DNA from: Lingula anatina
Taxonomy: Eukaryota; Animalia; Brachiopoda
Length of the DNA stretch: 64,000 nt
Assembly: GCA_051362555.1 (NCBI GenBank)
Contig: CM120646.1
Location: 1,302,001 to 1,366,000 of the forward strand
Direction: 5' to 3'
This document shows positions 37,057 through 49,060 of this stretch, one piece after another (the first letter of the stretch is position 1; each line of letters begins with the position of its first letter). The notes beneath the pieces are model-generated. The model was not told where the DNA came from. It saw only the letters and a list, made by a program, of their open reading frames with translations, and made no database searches. The position numbers and the translations under genes were made by a program.

Positions 37057-39223
37057 CCCTCATCCACAAGGAAATGGAACCCTACGTAAACCCTGAAACC
37101 GGGCCTCAGAGGCCCGGTGTACCATGAAAATCTGACTCCCCCCCAAAAAACATTCAAAAATCTAATTTAATTTGAGTAAATGACTATGATCTTGTAGTAT
37201 GCATAATGGAGGACACATTGGCACTTTTTGTTAGTTTGCAGGTGAAAATTTTCATGAAAAAATAAAAAAAATTAAAGATTTGTATTTTACCACCCAAGGA
37301 CTCCCCTATGAAAAAGCTATTTATTTGACATTTGATGACCATTTCAACATCTTTTCTTTGAGTATACTTTATGAGGACTATATTGAAAGTACTTGAAAGT
37401 TTAATGGTTAAAAAATTGGGTGAAAAAAATAATAATAAAAAAAACACATTAAAAAATAAGAAAAATTAAAGATTTATATTCTAACACCCAATGACCCCCC
37501 CCTATGAAAAAGCTATTTATTTGATATTTGATGATCATTCTGACATCTTTTCTTTGAGGATACTTTATGAGGAATATATTGAAAGTACTTGAAAGTTTGA
37601 TGGTTAAAAAATTGGGTGAAAAAAATAATAAAAAAAAACACACATGAAAAATAAGAAAAATTTAAGATTTGTATTCTAACACCTAATGACTCCCCTATGA
37701 AAAGGCTATCTATTTGATATTTGATGATCATTCTGACATCTTTTCTTTAAGGATACTTAATGAAGAATATATTGGAAATATTTGAAAGTTTGAATGGTAA
37801 AATACTGGGTATGCTATATAAGAAGAATTCAGTAAAAAGGCGATGGGGCCAATTTCTTGAGTTAAAAATGTAGCGTTTTGACATGGAAGTGCAAAACCCA
37901 CAGGTAGTAAGATGAATATTGTTTTAAAAATATTCACCAAAATTTTCACCACCAAACTTTCAAATAATAACAAAATGTACATCTCTGTGCAAACTATGTA
38001 GAAAACAATGGTATGGTGACTGAATATAAAATAGGTCCTTTTCTTTATGGGAATCCAAATCTCATGGGTATAAAAATGAAGATTTTCATGATTTATTTTT
38101 CATTCTTTCACTATTTTATCATTAAACTTTTAAATATTTCCAATATATTTTTCATAAAGTATCCTAATAGAAAAGATGTCAGAATGATCATCAAATATCA
38201 AATAAATAGCTTTTTCGTAGGGGAGTTATTGGGTGATAAAATGCACATTTTTAATTTTCTATTTTTCATGTTTTTTTTTTAGTTTTTTTTCACCCAATAG
38301 TTTACCATCAAACTTTCAAATATTTCCAATATAATCTTCATAAAGTAAATTTAAAGGAAAGATGTAGAAATGATCATCCAATATGAAATAAATAGCTTTT
38401 TCAAAGGGGAGACAATGGGCGGTTAAGTGCACATTTTTAATTTTCATATTTTTTTCATGAAAATATTCACCTGCAAACTTAAAAAAAGTGCCAAAGTATC
38501 CTCCATTTTACATACTACAATATCACAGTCATATACTCAAATAAAATAAGATTTATGAACATTTGTGGAGGGGGAGTCAAATTTTCATGGGGAGTCAGAT
38601 TTTCATTATGAAAATCTGACTGGGGGAGTCAGATTTTCATGTTACACCAGTCCCTTGCTCACTTTACCTCCACCTGGGTGCATGAGTATACACTGTGTAT
38701 GGAAAATGCGGAAAAACGTTTTTTTTTCTCAAAATGGAAAGTTTCGCAAAGGTAGCGCAGTCTATCAGGTATGTAATAATGATAGATTTAAACTGATATC
38801 TGCATATCAGGTGACCAAGGTGACCGAATACTCATAAATAATAATTTCTCCAGGTCTTGAATCTTTCACCGGCAGATTTCATTGACCATACTGATAGTCA
38901 TAGCACACATGATATTGCTTGTGTAAAACATTTTATAGCAAAGCTATTTGAGGTAACATGGACTTATTAATCCCATGTGGAAGTAAAATTATCAAGCGAC
39001 CGGGCCTCAGAGGCCCGGTTTCCAGGAAATGGGACTAACTTTTGGAAAAGTTAATTTCTACATATGTTGTAAATTATTTCAAAACTAATTATTTATCCAT
39101 TGATGGGGTATAAGTTGCTTGAGGATTACATGAAAGGAACAGGCTCAAAACCTCATGCGAACGAAGAGAGAGCAAAAGATACATGGGTCCGGGCCTGCGA
39201 GGCCCCTGAAAGGTGATTGAGGG
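37057..39223. mobile_element. piggyBac-like non-autonomous element in the cGLR-2 intron
   Basis: TTAA|CCCTCA ... TGAGGG|TTAA, with the palindromic subterminal repeat CCGGGCCTCAGAGGCCCGG at about 37099 and 39000 and a variant at about 39189. Confidence 0.75.
37115..38650. mobile_element. Nested foldback-type DNA element with long inverted arms and ~190-bp tandem subrepeats
   Basis: Termini GGTGTACCATGAAAATCTGACTCCCCC / GGGGGAGTCAGATTTTCATGTTACACC. The left arm (37116-37800) is the imperfect reverse complement of the right arm (38040-38650). Confidence 0.8.
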
Positions 39224-40132
39224 TTAAGTCTTTTTTGTTCAAAATTTGGAAAATGTTTAAGAAAGGTCATCTACCGGGTAAATATTAATGTCAGTACATT
39301 TCGTCAATTTTCACGTACGATAGAAAAGTCTAAACATTAAAATATGGCGCTTTTTTCGTTTATACCCGAATTTGTTTCTGCTCAAACTCTAGCTTAATTA
39401 ACACAAATGTTTACGTAGATCCCGAGGTTCACCGAATTATATAATTACGGTGGTCCCTGAAAACTCGCCTTCTTCTACCACTTTACCGCATTCGTTCTTG
39501 GAAACGACGGAGTCCTGCTGATAATTAGGGGTAACTTTCCAGTGACCTCTGAAACTTGAGACTGCGTTCCCATAAGCCACCTTGAGTTCTAAGGGGTAAT
39601 TGACTATCGGTTGTTATCACCCCTTACCAGCTTCGAATTCAGTGGGCGTGTCAGTCAATTAAGACGCTTACACTGAATGCATTTTAGTTAAATCCCCGTG
39701 AAGTTAATCGATTCAGATAGTACGATTGGTTTATGAGAACCGCCCCTTACCTCTGTAGAAGACACTGATTTGTAATTTGAAGATCTGGCTGAAGAAAAGC
39801 CGGGTGATTATTTTTCACATTTTGAACCTATTTGTATTAAGTAGGTCCTCTCATATTAGCTTTTTTTGCGATCTGCACAGGTTTCGTGCATCAGTAGTTT
39901 TTTGCGACAGCGTTAATTAAAAAAATATAAACGGGTGCGGTTATTGTTTTTCACATTTTAACCGTTTAAAATCAACGGAGGGTGAAGTACCTTTACCATC
40001 TTTTTAAGCACATTGCTGTTGCGAGGGTGAACATTATTCCACCTGGGTTTGCGTCCTGAACAGGTACGTGTCTAACTTTCCATAAATGTCGCGATTGTGA
40101 CATGTACATAGTAAATAGTTTCATAAGCTTAC

Positions 40133-40155
40133 CTGTTACCTCTCCTGTTAGCCAT
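40133..40155 (-). CDS. Start-codon micro-exon C (MANRRGNR) upstream of cGLR-2; full exon 40133-40163
   Basis: tctttccagcAG|TTTTCGTC ATG GCT AAC AGG AGA GGT AAC AG|GTAAG. Phase 2 matches the acceptor at 36903. A candidate upstream donor CAG|GTAAG lies at 40365-40366. Confidence 0.75.
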
Positions 40156-40205
40156 GACGAAAACTGCTGGAAAGATTTTCCTTCCTATTAGCTCTAAATA
40201 TCTAC

Positions 40206-40300
40206 GGGAAATCCCAAATTCATTTGCAGCTATCTTTCAATGTCTGTTTGTTGTCACTATGACTACAGTTCCGAAAACTATTTTTATGCGGGGAATTTTC
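40206..40300. promoter_or_regulatory. Two NF-kB-like sites upstream of micro-exon C
   Basis: GGGAAATCCC (40206-40215; reverse complement GGGATTTCCC fits GGGRNYYYCC) and GGGGAATTTTC (40290-40300). The second is positionally conserved at 32213, 41625 and 53804. Confidence 0.45.
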
Positions 40301-41673
40301 TGTTGCGACATTCCATAATGAACTAGGTCAACAAGTATATGAGTATTGATCCAGTGTTTACCTTACCTGAAGGTGTTCATACGCTGCGCATCTATTAAAT
40401 CTTAGGCGATATTTATTTCGTTTTTAAATAAACAAGCAAGCAAAAGAGATACAACCGATATAAATTGTTTTAAATCGAATTGAAAGAGTTTATAAATAGA
40501 TCATATTATCAAATGAATGAAAGAAATGAATGAGTGGATAAATGAATGAGTTATTTAAAGTAATTGAAAAGACCCAGTACACAAATAAGTATACTGTCTT
40601 GTTTCAGTATTTGCAGGTCTAGTGAAACGTTAAAATATCTTTATATGAGCATTTCCCATGTACAATGTATGAATAAAGCATTTCATGAAACACAATGATA
40701 AACAACAATTGTATTAGCCCCACTGCTGCCCCCTACTCTATACAAGAGGCCAATTGACTGATGATAATTTATCCTATACCTAAATCCCGTTGATCAGCTG
40801 AAAATGTTGCCATGGTTTACCTAAAATATATCTGTGCACGTCTAGTGAAAAATCAATCTGTGACCCTGGTAGAGGTACAGTCTCCCCACATTTCCAACTT
40901 CAGCCCTAAGTTCTCCTTACAAGATCATTGTTACCTGAACAGTGACACGACTTTGTAAACAAATAGGGTTACCTACATCAATAGTTGGCATACTGGAGGT
41001 CTACTGTAGCAGTGGGGTATCCAATATCTCGTCACAATGTATTTTTTTTTTTAAAACCGAGTAAACAGGTACATACTTTTTGTAGTAGGCTGTGTTTCTT
41101 ATGGATGAGTGGGATTTACATTTTTCATTTCAGACCGCCATTCGCCATATATTTAACTTCATGAAAAGGGATCATGAGACCGCAAATAAGTATTTCTCAA
41201 AATAGACCAGGAAAAGTTTGGGATTAAGCTCGTGGATTATGAATCATACACTACAGATCTCATACTCTCCTCTTTATTATTCTACAAAACAACCTGAATT
41301 TATTTATTCTAACGCAGTAAATGTAGGTGTACAGTGTACATGTAAGGTCAGATTTATTAAAAATAAAACCTGGGAGCCAAGGGTAAAAATTACAACCAAA
41401 AAGTTGTATAAATTCATAGACCCCAGAATTAATGCTCTACGAGGATACATTTAAATTTTATATCGTTTTTCTACCCGTTTTGAAAACTTTTGAAATTTGG
41501 AACCCAGGTAGAAGGTGACTAAGTTGAATTATTCTGTGTGTTCGTAGTTTATCCACTTAAGATGTTTCTGAATTGAGGCGATGTAGTCAACTTTCTTCCT
41601 TTGAATTTATATTTCCTAACATGTGGGGATTTTTCGCTTTTGACATTCCATAATGAAGTATGTAAACACCTAT

Positions 41674-44408
41674 TTTACATATTCGTTCAATTATAAATAT
41701 ATCCAGATGGATCTAAGCATGACAGTTTGCATGCGGTGAACTATTAATAGTATTGAGAGCTAATTTCCATATATGTGATCTACATATTCGTTAATGCAAA
41801 TTGTATCCACAATTAAATTTTAAGGTCTTAAGGCATGGCATGTCGCATGTCAGTAATAGAAGTTAATCTAAAATGTAAATTAAGTTCATGTATAAAAGTA
41901 GAGAGACTGAGAGAGTTAAGGGAGATAGATACTACCACAGAGAGAGATAGTTATAGATACGGTAGAAGAGACCTGAGTCTTCAGGCGCTTGAATTAACCA
42001 TGTAACAGAAAACAATTCTTGCCTGTCTCAGTTGTCTTATTGGTGAAAATGTAACTCTTAGAACAAGTGTATAACCACCGACTGGTTATTACAAATGGCG
42101 AGCTCCCAGGTTTCACCTTAAGCAGCTGAGACAGAAAGGCAGTTAATAGTTAAGATGCTGTATGAAGACGAGGACCAGTATGAAGACCCAGACATCTACA
42201 GGAGGCTGTTAGATTGTCTGGGTGGAATCAGTAGTGTTCTGAAGACGCAGGAAACGAGTAAAAGAGATGCACTTTTACTATCAAGTTCCCTAAGAAATCT
42301 GTGGGAAGTAATGAAAAAAGAAACAACAGAGTATGACAACGGAAACAAACTAACTATGGAAACTATGATAAACAGCATTCAGATGCAAGTGGGGCAGAGA
42401 AGCACACTGGATGATGACAGCTGTGATGAAGAAACTGGAACATGGAAAGAAATGAGAAAGGGGAACATTGATGTTGTGGTCAGCGGCGTTGCTGACAAGT
42501 CTCCAGAAGATGAGATGCTGAAATTCCCTGGTGCCGAGAGGTTGCAGCTCCCCGATGGAGGCAACGACGATGTGGTCAGTGGTGTTGCTGACATAGCAAA
42601 ATCTCCCGAAGTTGAGATTTTGAAAGCCCTTATGACCAGTGGTGATACGGATGTATGTAAGTCCCCAGATACAAAAATGTTGCAGTTCCCTAATGAAGAC
42701 AGGTTGTCGTCCAGTGATGCTGAATTGTTTAAGTCCAGTGATGCTGAAATGTTGAAGTCTAATGATGCTGAGAAGTTGAAGTTCAATATTGACGAAATGT
42801 TACAATGCCCTGATGTTGAAAACTATGAAGACGATGGAAATGATGAACAAGTGAAGGAAAAGAATGGACTGCTTGTTGAAAAAATGGACATCGATAGGGT
42901 CACACTGAATGAAAATGAGTGTTTTTATGAGGACAAGGACAGAAATGATGAACAAGTGAAGAAAAGGAACGAACTGCATGTTGAAGAAATGGACATTAAT
43001 AAGATGGCTAAACTGAATGAAAATGAGAGTAACTTTGAGGGCAATGACGGAAATGATGAAAAAGTGAAGGAAAATAATGAACTGCGTGTTGAAGAAATGG
43101 ACAATGATAAGGTCGAGGCAAATGAAAAAGAGAGTCACTATGAGGACAATGACGGAAATGACGAACAAGTGAAGGAAAAGTATGAGCTGCGTACTGAGGA
43201 AAGGGACAATGATATGGTGAATTTGAATATACTTGCTTATTACAAGGATAAAGACAGAAATGAAAAACAAGGGAAGAAAACAGATGACTTGCTTGATGCG
43301 TTAGAAAGAACTGAAAAACTTAACTTGAACTTGAAAGGTACAGAGAAATGGAGGTACCCACCTCATTGCAAACTAAGGCATTTTTTTTTTCAATGAGATA
43401 AGTTGTCCATGAGTAATTTTTAATAATTATTTTTAACTTTTAATCAATGTATAGAAAAATGGAGGTAGCCACTTCACTGGAATTTTTTTTTCAATGAGTT
43501 AGTAAATGTCCAAAGATTGATTTTCATAAAATTTTCTGTTAAATATTGTATGTTGTATTTTCCTTTATTTGCATCCGATTTTTTTTTAATGCATGCCCTT
43601 TGTGAAAGATAAGTTCTTAGGCTGTTAAATGTGTACTAAATATTGATTTGATTTGATTTGAGTAAAATGTGTAAAGCAGTCTTATAATTATATTTAAATG
43701 GGTGTGGCTGTCTATGCAAAGCTGAAGTTTGTTTAAAAAAGTCCTTTAATGCTTATGTGAAGCTAAAATTGTTTTATTATTGTTAAATCTTGGTTAACTT
43801 TGATTAGAAGATGTTCAAGTACTTTGTATTATAGCTTAACATTCTATGAATTACAGAGTATAAATAGGTGTCGGTGAAATAGGTTTTAAAAAAAAAATTA
43901 AGTTCCTTAATTTTTTTTCGGTAAAAAAGGGAGATATGTGTAGTGAACCGTTAATTAGTGCTGATAACATAAATTTGAATACATGTCATTTACATATTCG
44001 TTCAATTATAAATATATCCAGATGGATCTAAGCATGACAGTTTGCATGCGGTGAACGATTAATAGTATTGAGAGCTAATTTCCATATATGTGATCTACAT
44101 ATTCGTTAATGCAAATTGTATCCACAATTAAATTTTAAGGTCTTAAGGCATGGCATGTCGCATGTCAGTAATAGAAGTTAATCTAAAATGTAAATTAAGT
44201 TCATGTATAAAAGTAGAGAGACTGAGAGAGTTAAGGGAGATAGATACTACCACAGAGAGAGATAGTTATAGATACGGTAGAAGAGACCCGAGTCTTCAGG
44301 CACTTGAATAAACCATGTAACAGAAAACTATTCCTGCCTGTCTCAGTTGTCTTATTGGTGAAAAAGTAACTCAAAGAACAAGTGTATAACCACCGACTGG
44401 TTATTACA
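41674..44408 (+). mobile_element. Non-autonomous LTR retroelement (5' LTR 41674-42093 lacking its first ~50 bp; 3' LTR 43939-44408)
   Basis: Near-identical ~420-bp direct repeats end in GGTTATTACA, and the 3' LTR starts TGTAGTGAACC. A PBS-like TGGCGAGCTCCCAGG is at 42096 and a polypurine tract AAAAAAGGGAGA at 43923-43934. The LTR contains TATAAAA. Confidence 0.9.
42155..43396 (+). CDS. Acidic, internally repetitive 413-aa protein of unknown function carried by the LTR element
   Basis: Uninterrupted ORF starting ~60 nt after the PBS. It has 8-aa KSxDAEML-like repeats and four to five ~35-aa repeats (YEDxDGNDEQVKEKNELxVEEMD...). No protease, RT or integrase motifs are visible. Confidence 0.6.
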   Translation: MLYEDEDQYEDPDIYRRLLDCLGGISSVLKTQETSKRDALLLSSSLRNLWEVMKKETTEYDNGNKLTMETMINSIQMQVGQRSTLDDDSCDEETGTWKEMRKGNIDVVVSGVADKSPEDEMLKFPGAERLQLPDGGNDDVVSGVADIAKSPEVEILKALMTSGDTDVCKSPDTKMLQFPNEDRLSSSDAELFKSSDAEMLKSNDAEKLKFNIDEMLQCPDVENYEDDGNDEQVKEKNGLLVEKMDIDRVTLNENECFYEDKDRNDEQVKKRNELHVEEMDINKMAKLNENESNFEGNDGNDEKVKENNELRVEEMDNDKVEANEKESHYEDNDGNDEQVKEKYELRTEERDNDMVNLNILAYYKDKDRNEKQGKKTDDLLDALERTEKLNLNLKGTEKWRYPPHCKLRHFFFQ

Positions 44409-44824
44409 CTATGTAAATATAAAATTACTTCAGGTTTTTTTAAATTCATAGGCGATATTTAATTTAAACAAATAAGCAAATAAAAAGATACAGTCGATTT
44501 AAATCTAAAAGAATATATAGATAGGAATAAATGAAATAATGAATGACTGAATAAATGAAGGAGTTTTTAATGAAATTGAAAAGGGGCAGTATACACAAGT
44601 TAACATATTGACTCGTTTCAGTGTATGGAGGCGCAGTGAACTGTAAACACCTGCATCTATTTCCGAGCTTTTCTCCCATATGAATAAAGTTTGAGTTAAC
44701 GTCTCCCCACATTTATTAGTTCTGTGTGCAGGATAATTTTATGACACGACTGTGTAAACAAATGGGGTCACTTATATTTAAAGTTGGCCAACTTGTGTGG
44801 TGTCCAATTACACGCATCAGTGTA

Positions 44825-45094
44825 TGTAACTGTGTGTAAATGTGCACTCGTCTTGATTTGTCTTGTCTTGACTTGATACCACTTTCTGTGACCCCCCCTC
44901 TTATTGGTGTTTCGTCTTTTGTTCTCTCGTTCTGTCTTCCCGATTCCGTGTCATGTGACATCTCAGTATATAAGGCATTGCCGCCTGATTTCGAACAGTG
45001 CTGGGATCGCTGTTCGGCTGTCTGTTTGTGTTTTTAGACTAAACACAGTACTCATATTAAGTGCACCAGAATTAAATCAGGGGTGAAAACAACA
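44825..45094 (+). mobile_element. Possible short solo LTR
   Basis: TGTAAC...ACAACA segment with TATATAA and ATTAAA that interrupts the colinear cGLR 5' module. No clear TSD. Confidence 0.4.
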
Positions 45095-46398
45095 CCGAGT
45101 GACCATTGCATCAGGTTTTGATTGTTGTTTTTTTTTTGGATGAATTAGTTCTAAAATCATTCATTTCAGGCCGCCACCCGCTTCTTTGCTTCACTTCCAT
45201 ACGTTCAAATACATGCAAAGAAAACACTAGGGCCTGTTCCCAATGAAAAGCGATCTGACACACACCTAGAAAACGGGTAGTGTGGTCCGGTATACCGGTT
45301 AATTCAGGATCCTTATGTGCCGAGTCTGGTAGTTGGGTAGGCCTGTGTGTCCATTGAAGTGATCAGTTATTTTGTATTGCGACAACAAATCATGGCTATG
45401 TTATCTGTAAGTTGTGTAACACGTTAGTCTTAAACAACGATTAATCAGTGGTTAATGTACATTAAAATGATAGTAATAAAACGTGTGTCAAAATCGTAAG
45501 CTTTGCCCTCCAATACATTGTACTACATTTATTTTTAAAGTGAAAAACACTCGAATGGTAAACAAAGATATGGCATTTGATCAAAAGAATTTGTAACAAT
45601 AACATATTTTTAAAATTAAATTTATTTACCAAAATCAGCTGTGTGCAATTTAAAATAAAGCATAAAATTGATTCAACAGTGCCTCAGTATCACTTGTTTT
45701 CCCCTATTCTTAAACAGGTACATATGTAAAATTAATTGTCATTCAATACAACTGTTGTAAAAAATTCTTTCTCACTTTTAACAGAATATTTAGAAAATTG
45801 TCACAATTAATGATTTCTCAAAATTTTGAAGTTTTAATCATAATACAGAGAAATGACCGTGAAATAAACAGATCTCACAACATTTACGTACTATAAAACC
45901 TTGTTTAGATACTTTTCTACATGATAAATTCCATACAATATTTTTCACAGAACTGCTCTGAAGTGATTGACTACATATGGCACATTTCATCTAGGAATTT
46001 AATGCATTCTAATTTGTTCAAGACAAATTTCAACCTTACTGCTCTAGTCAAATTTTTCTTTTCAAATCGCACTCCTCTGAAAATTAATTCAAACTGGGTA
46101 TAGTTTTGATTTGTCAAAATACTTAATTATCTGATAATCGATAAAGTATATTGAAACTTGATATTCCATAGATATATAATACTATAATGTCCCACCACCT
46201 GTGATATTTCTACATATGTATTTCTTTTCCTAGGTACATCGCTCATGTAAATGATGTCCTTCTTCATTCAAAAAAATTATGCATCTTTACAGTCAAATTG
46301 ACCAACCCATATCTATAGAAGTCGAATAAGTGTATATTTAAGTCGGTACAACAGCCAAAAGTCCCCATTTTTTCTCGATTCATATTAGAACAAAATAT

Positions 46399-47548
46399 TG
46401 TAACGCGAGGGATCCGGCCGCTCGACCGCGACACCCGAGCGGGACGTGGGAACTTCGTATGGGAAAGTATATCCCTGTCCTTCAGAAATAAAGAGGCAGA
46501 TTTGTGTTTCAAAATAGTGTTTATTAAACGCAAAAATCTACCATCAAATTCTCAAGTTCGATTATCACATATAGTCCTAAGAGTCTATAAAACTGAGACT
46601 TCGGTGACGAGTGCAGATGAGTCAATATCCTGGATGGAGCTGGGTAGCATGCATCGACATCTATCATCTCGCAGGTGGAGTAAGGTAGCTGGACTGGTAA
46701 CATGGCAATCAAAGGACGACTTAGTTTGGGGGAATGTAGCGCGCCCCAGATTACATGTTCTCTTAACAGAGAGAACCCATTTAGATAACATGTGAAGATA
46801 ACTTAGGATGACGTGTATTCTTCGAAATAAAACAGAGAAAGTAATCTCAACTCAACTTAACTACTTGCACAAAGAGTGCACAATAATACAAGCGGGTGTT
46901 TAGTAATGAAAACAGTTAATCTAAGGCAGGGTGGAGGGTAAGCTACGGGAATGATCTAACTGAGAACGTAACTACGATCTAGCAATTACTATAGTAACTG
47001 GCAAAATTAAGATTATTTAAATTAAAATCTATTCTAAATTACATACAATTGCGCTTACTGCAAGACGGGTAACCCCTGCAGGGGCACCCTACTAAATAAA
47101 AAAAATCTAACTCATTGGCGCTAGCTGTCTAGTAGAATTTTCAACAAAAGGAGAACTGTCAGATTCGAATCGCCCCGCTCTGGAGCTCTGCGGCCCTATC
47201 TATAGACTTGTCTCGTTACGTCAACACTCGTCGCGGTCAAAGGTCGGGGTCGTGACCTAACAGCATGGCCCCTCAGCATGGAAGTGTGTCCAGCGTGTGT
47301 ATTCAAATTTGGACTATTTTTACCTTATTATGGATTACAATGAAAGACTAAACTACGAAGTTCGTTTGGATAAACACTAGGACATATGGCTCTGAACAAA
47401 ACAAAGTTTTTAGGTAGGATTAGTGACAGATAACTTAAAAAAATAAAATAAAAACAGGTTAAAGCAGACGATCGTGCAGCCTGTGTTTACATTACGTCTA
47501 ATGATTTCTTATAGCGGATTCGTAGCCTCTCTGACCCCAATTGTTACC
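46399..47548 (-). mobile_element. Probable solo LTR (Gypsy-like, ~1.15 kb)
   Basis: ATAT|TGTAAC ... GTTACC|ATAT gives a 4-bp TSD with near-perfect terminal inverted hexamers. GC content is higher than the flanks, and a minus-strand AATAAA lies near 46520. Confidence 0.6.
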
Positions 47549-49060
47549 ATATATACACTTGCTTATTTTCTTAAATTCCCTAACATCAACACGGATATCA
47601 TTTTCCAACGCCCATCACCAGAAGAACAAGTTATCTTTTAATTGGAAATGTTGTTACTATATCAAGCGCACTGATCATTAAATCTCCCACTTTAATAATC
47701 TTGTACACGAACTTTTCTTTTAACCAATATGGGATTTTTTACATCAACATCTTAATACTTCCCTTTGCTTTTTATAAACATAAACTTAAAGATATTAATA
47801 TGATTCAAAATGTTTCTGGTAAAATAAAATAAGTATGAAAACTGTGTCAATATCGACTTAGCCAAAATAACCTTATCAATAACAATAATGTTTCTTGAAA
47901 CCCACGATTTTTGCACATTCTTAAAAATATTCTCACAGTGTTTTTTCGTGATGGGTGGGGGTTGTTTACAGTTTTTACTGAGGGCCGTGCTACAAATTTC
48001 AACTACACTACACTACACTACGTTACATTAGGGTTCAATACAGTATAATATACATGTATATTGTGTAAGTACGTGCATATTCGTAAAAGTGCTTGCTCTA
48101 CTAATGTAGATAAATTGATGTACAGTGATGGCTACGCAGAAGCACATGGTTTCAGTTTGTTTCCTCAGTGAAACGCTCATATCAGGAGAAGTGATGCAGG
48201 ACAAAGTGCACTTGCTCTCTTTCAGTGTCACTGTGCTCCTTATATTTAATGTACCTTCAATACTGACAAAATGACCAATTCCTGACCAATTCAATAATGA
48301 CAAAATGAAAAAAAAAAAAACTTGTTTCATTGTTCCGTGTTCGTCGATCAGCACATATTCACCGGCTGTGAACCCAGACTTATGTTCTTACGTAGCTTTA
48401 TGTTCTCGTCCACATATTCGTCCCTTGAATAAAAAACAGTTTTTCCAATCATTGTTTCTGCTTCTCCATAGATCTTTTGTCACTTGACATGGCTGTTTTA
48501 GTGATAAGGGCTTCCTCGTGATAGTGTTCCATGTCAGTTGTAGTGAGCACTTATCCAGATGAAGCGTCCTCATCAGATTTATACAATATGATGCGCCTAT
48601 AATATTAGCAGGTAAAATCGATAAATACCAAATTAAAAAAATAATTACACGATTGAAACACTGCGAAATAATCCCCAAGTTCCCAATAAAGATATCAACA
48701 AGGCAATCGGATTGCCGGCAAAGCTGAAAAAAGTGGGCTTGCCCCTAGCTCGTCTCAAACTCAAGTCACAAGTCTTCCCTCCACTTAAGTATAATTTGAA
48801 TATCCTCCAATTTATATGTTCTCTAAACTAAAAACACGTTCGCTTAATGACACATAATAATAATATTAATAATAATAATAATAATAATAATAATTGTAAT
48901 AATAAAATTCATAGACCATAATTATATTTGCTGTTGCCGTTTTGGTCGGCATCATCATGTTTGTTCATCGTCATGATCGTCAGACTAGCCTTCTGTTGAT
49001 CGACTGTTATCTGGAGGCTGCGTCCTGATTGTCGGCATGTCCCTCTGCTGGTCTTTGTCC

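Noticed and set aside
37184-38282. Repeated hydrophobic ORFs (MFFLLLFFSPNFLTIKLSS...)
   Set aside because: They derive from AT-rich tandem subrepeats of a foldback DNA element.
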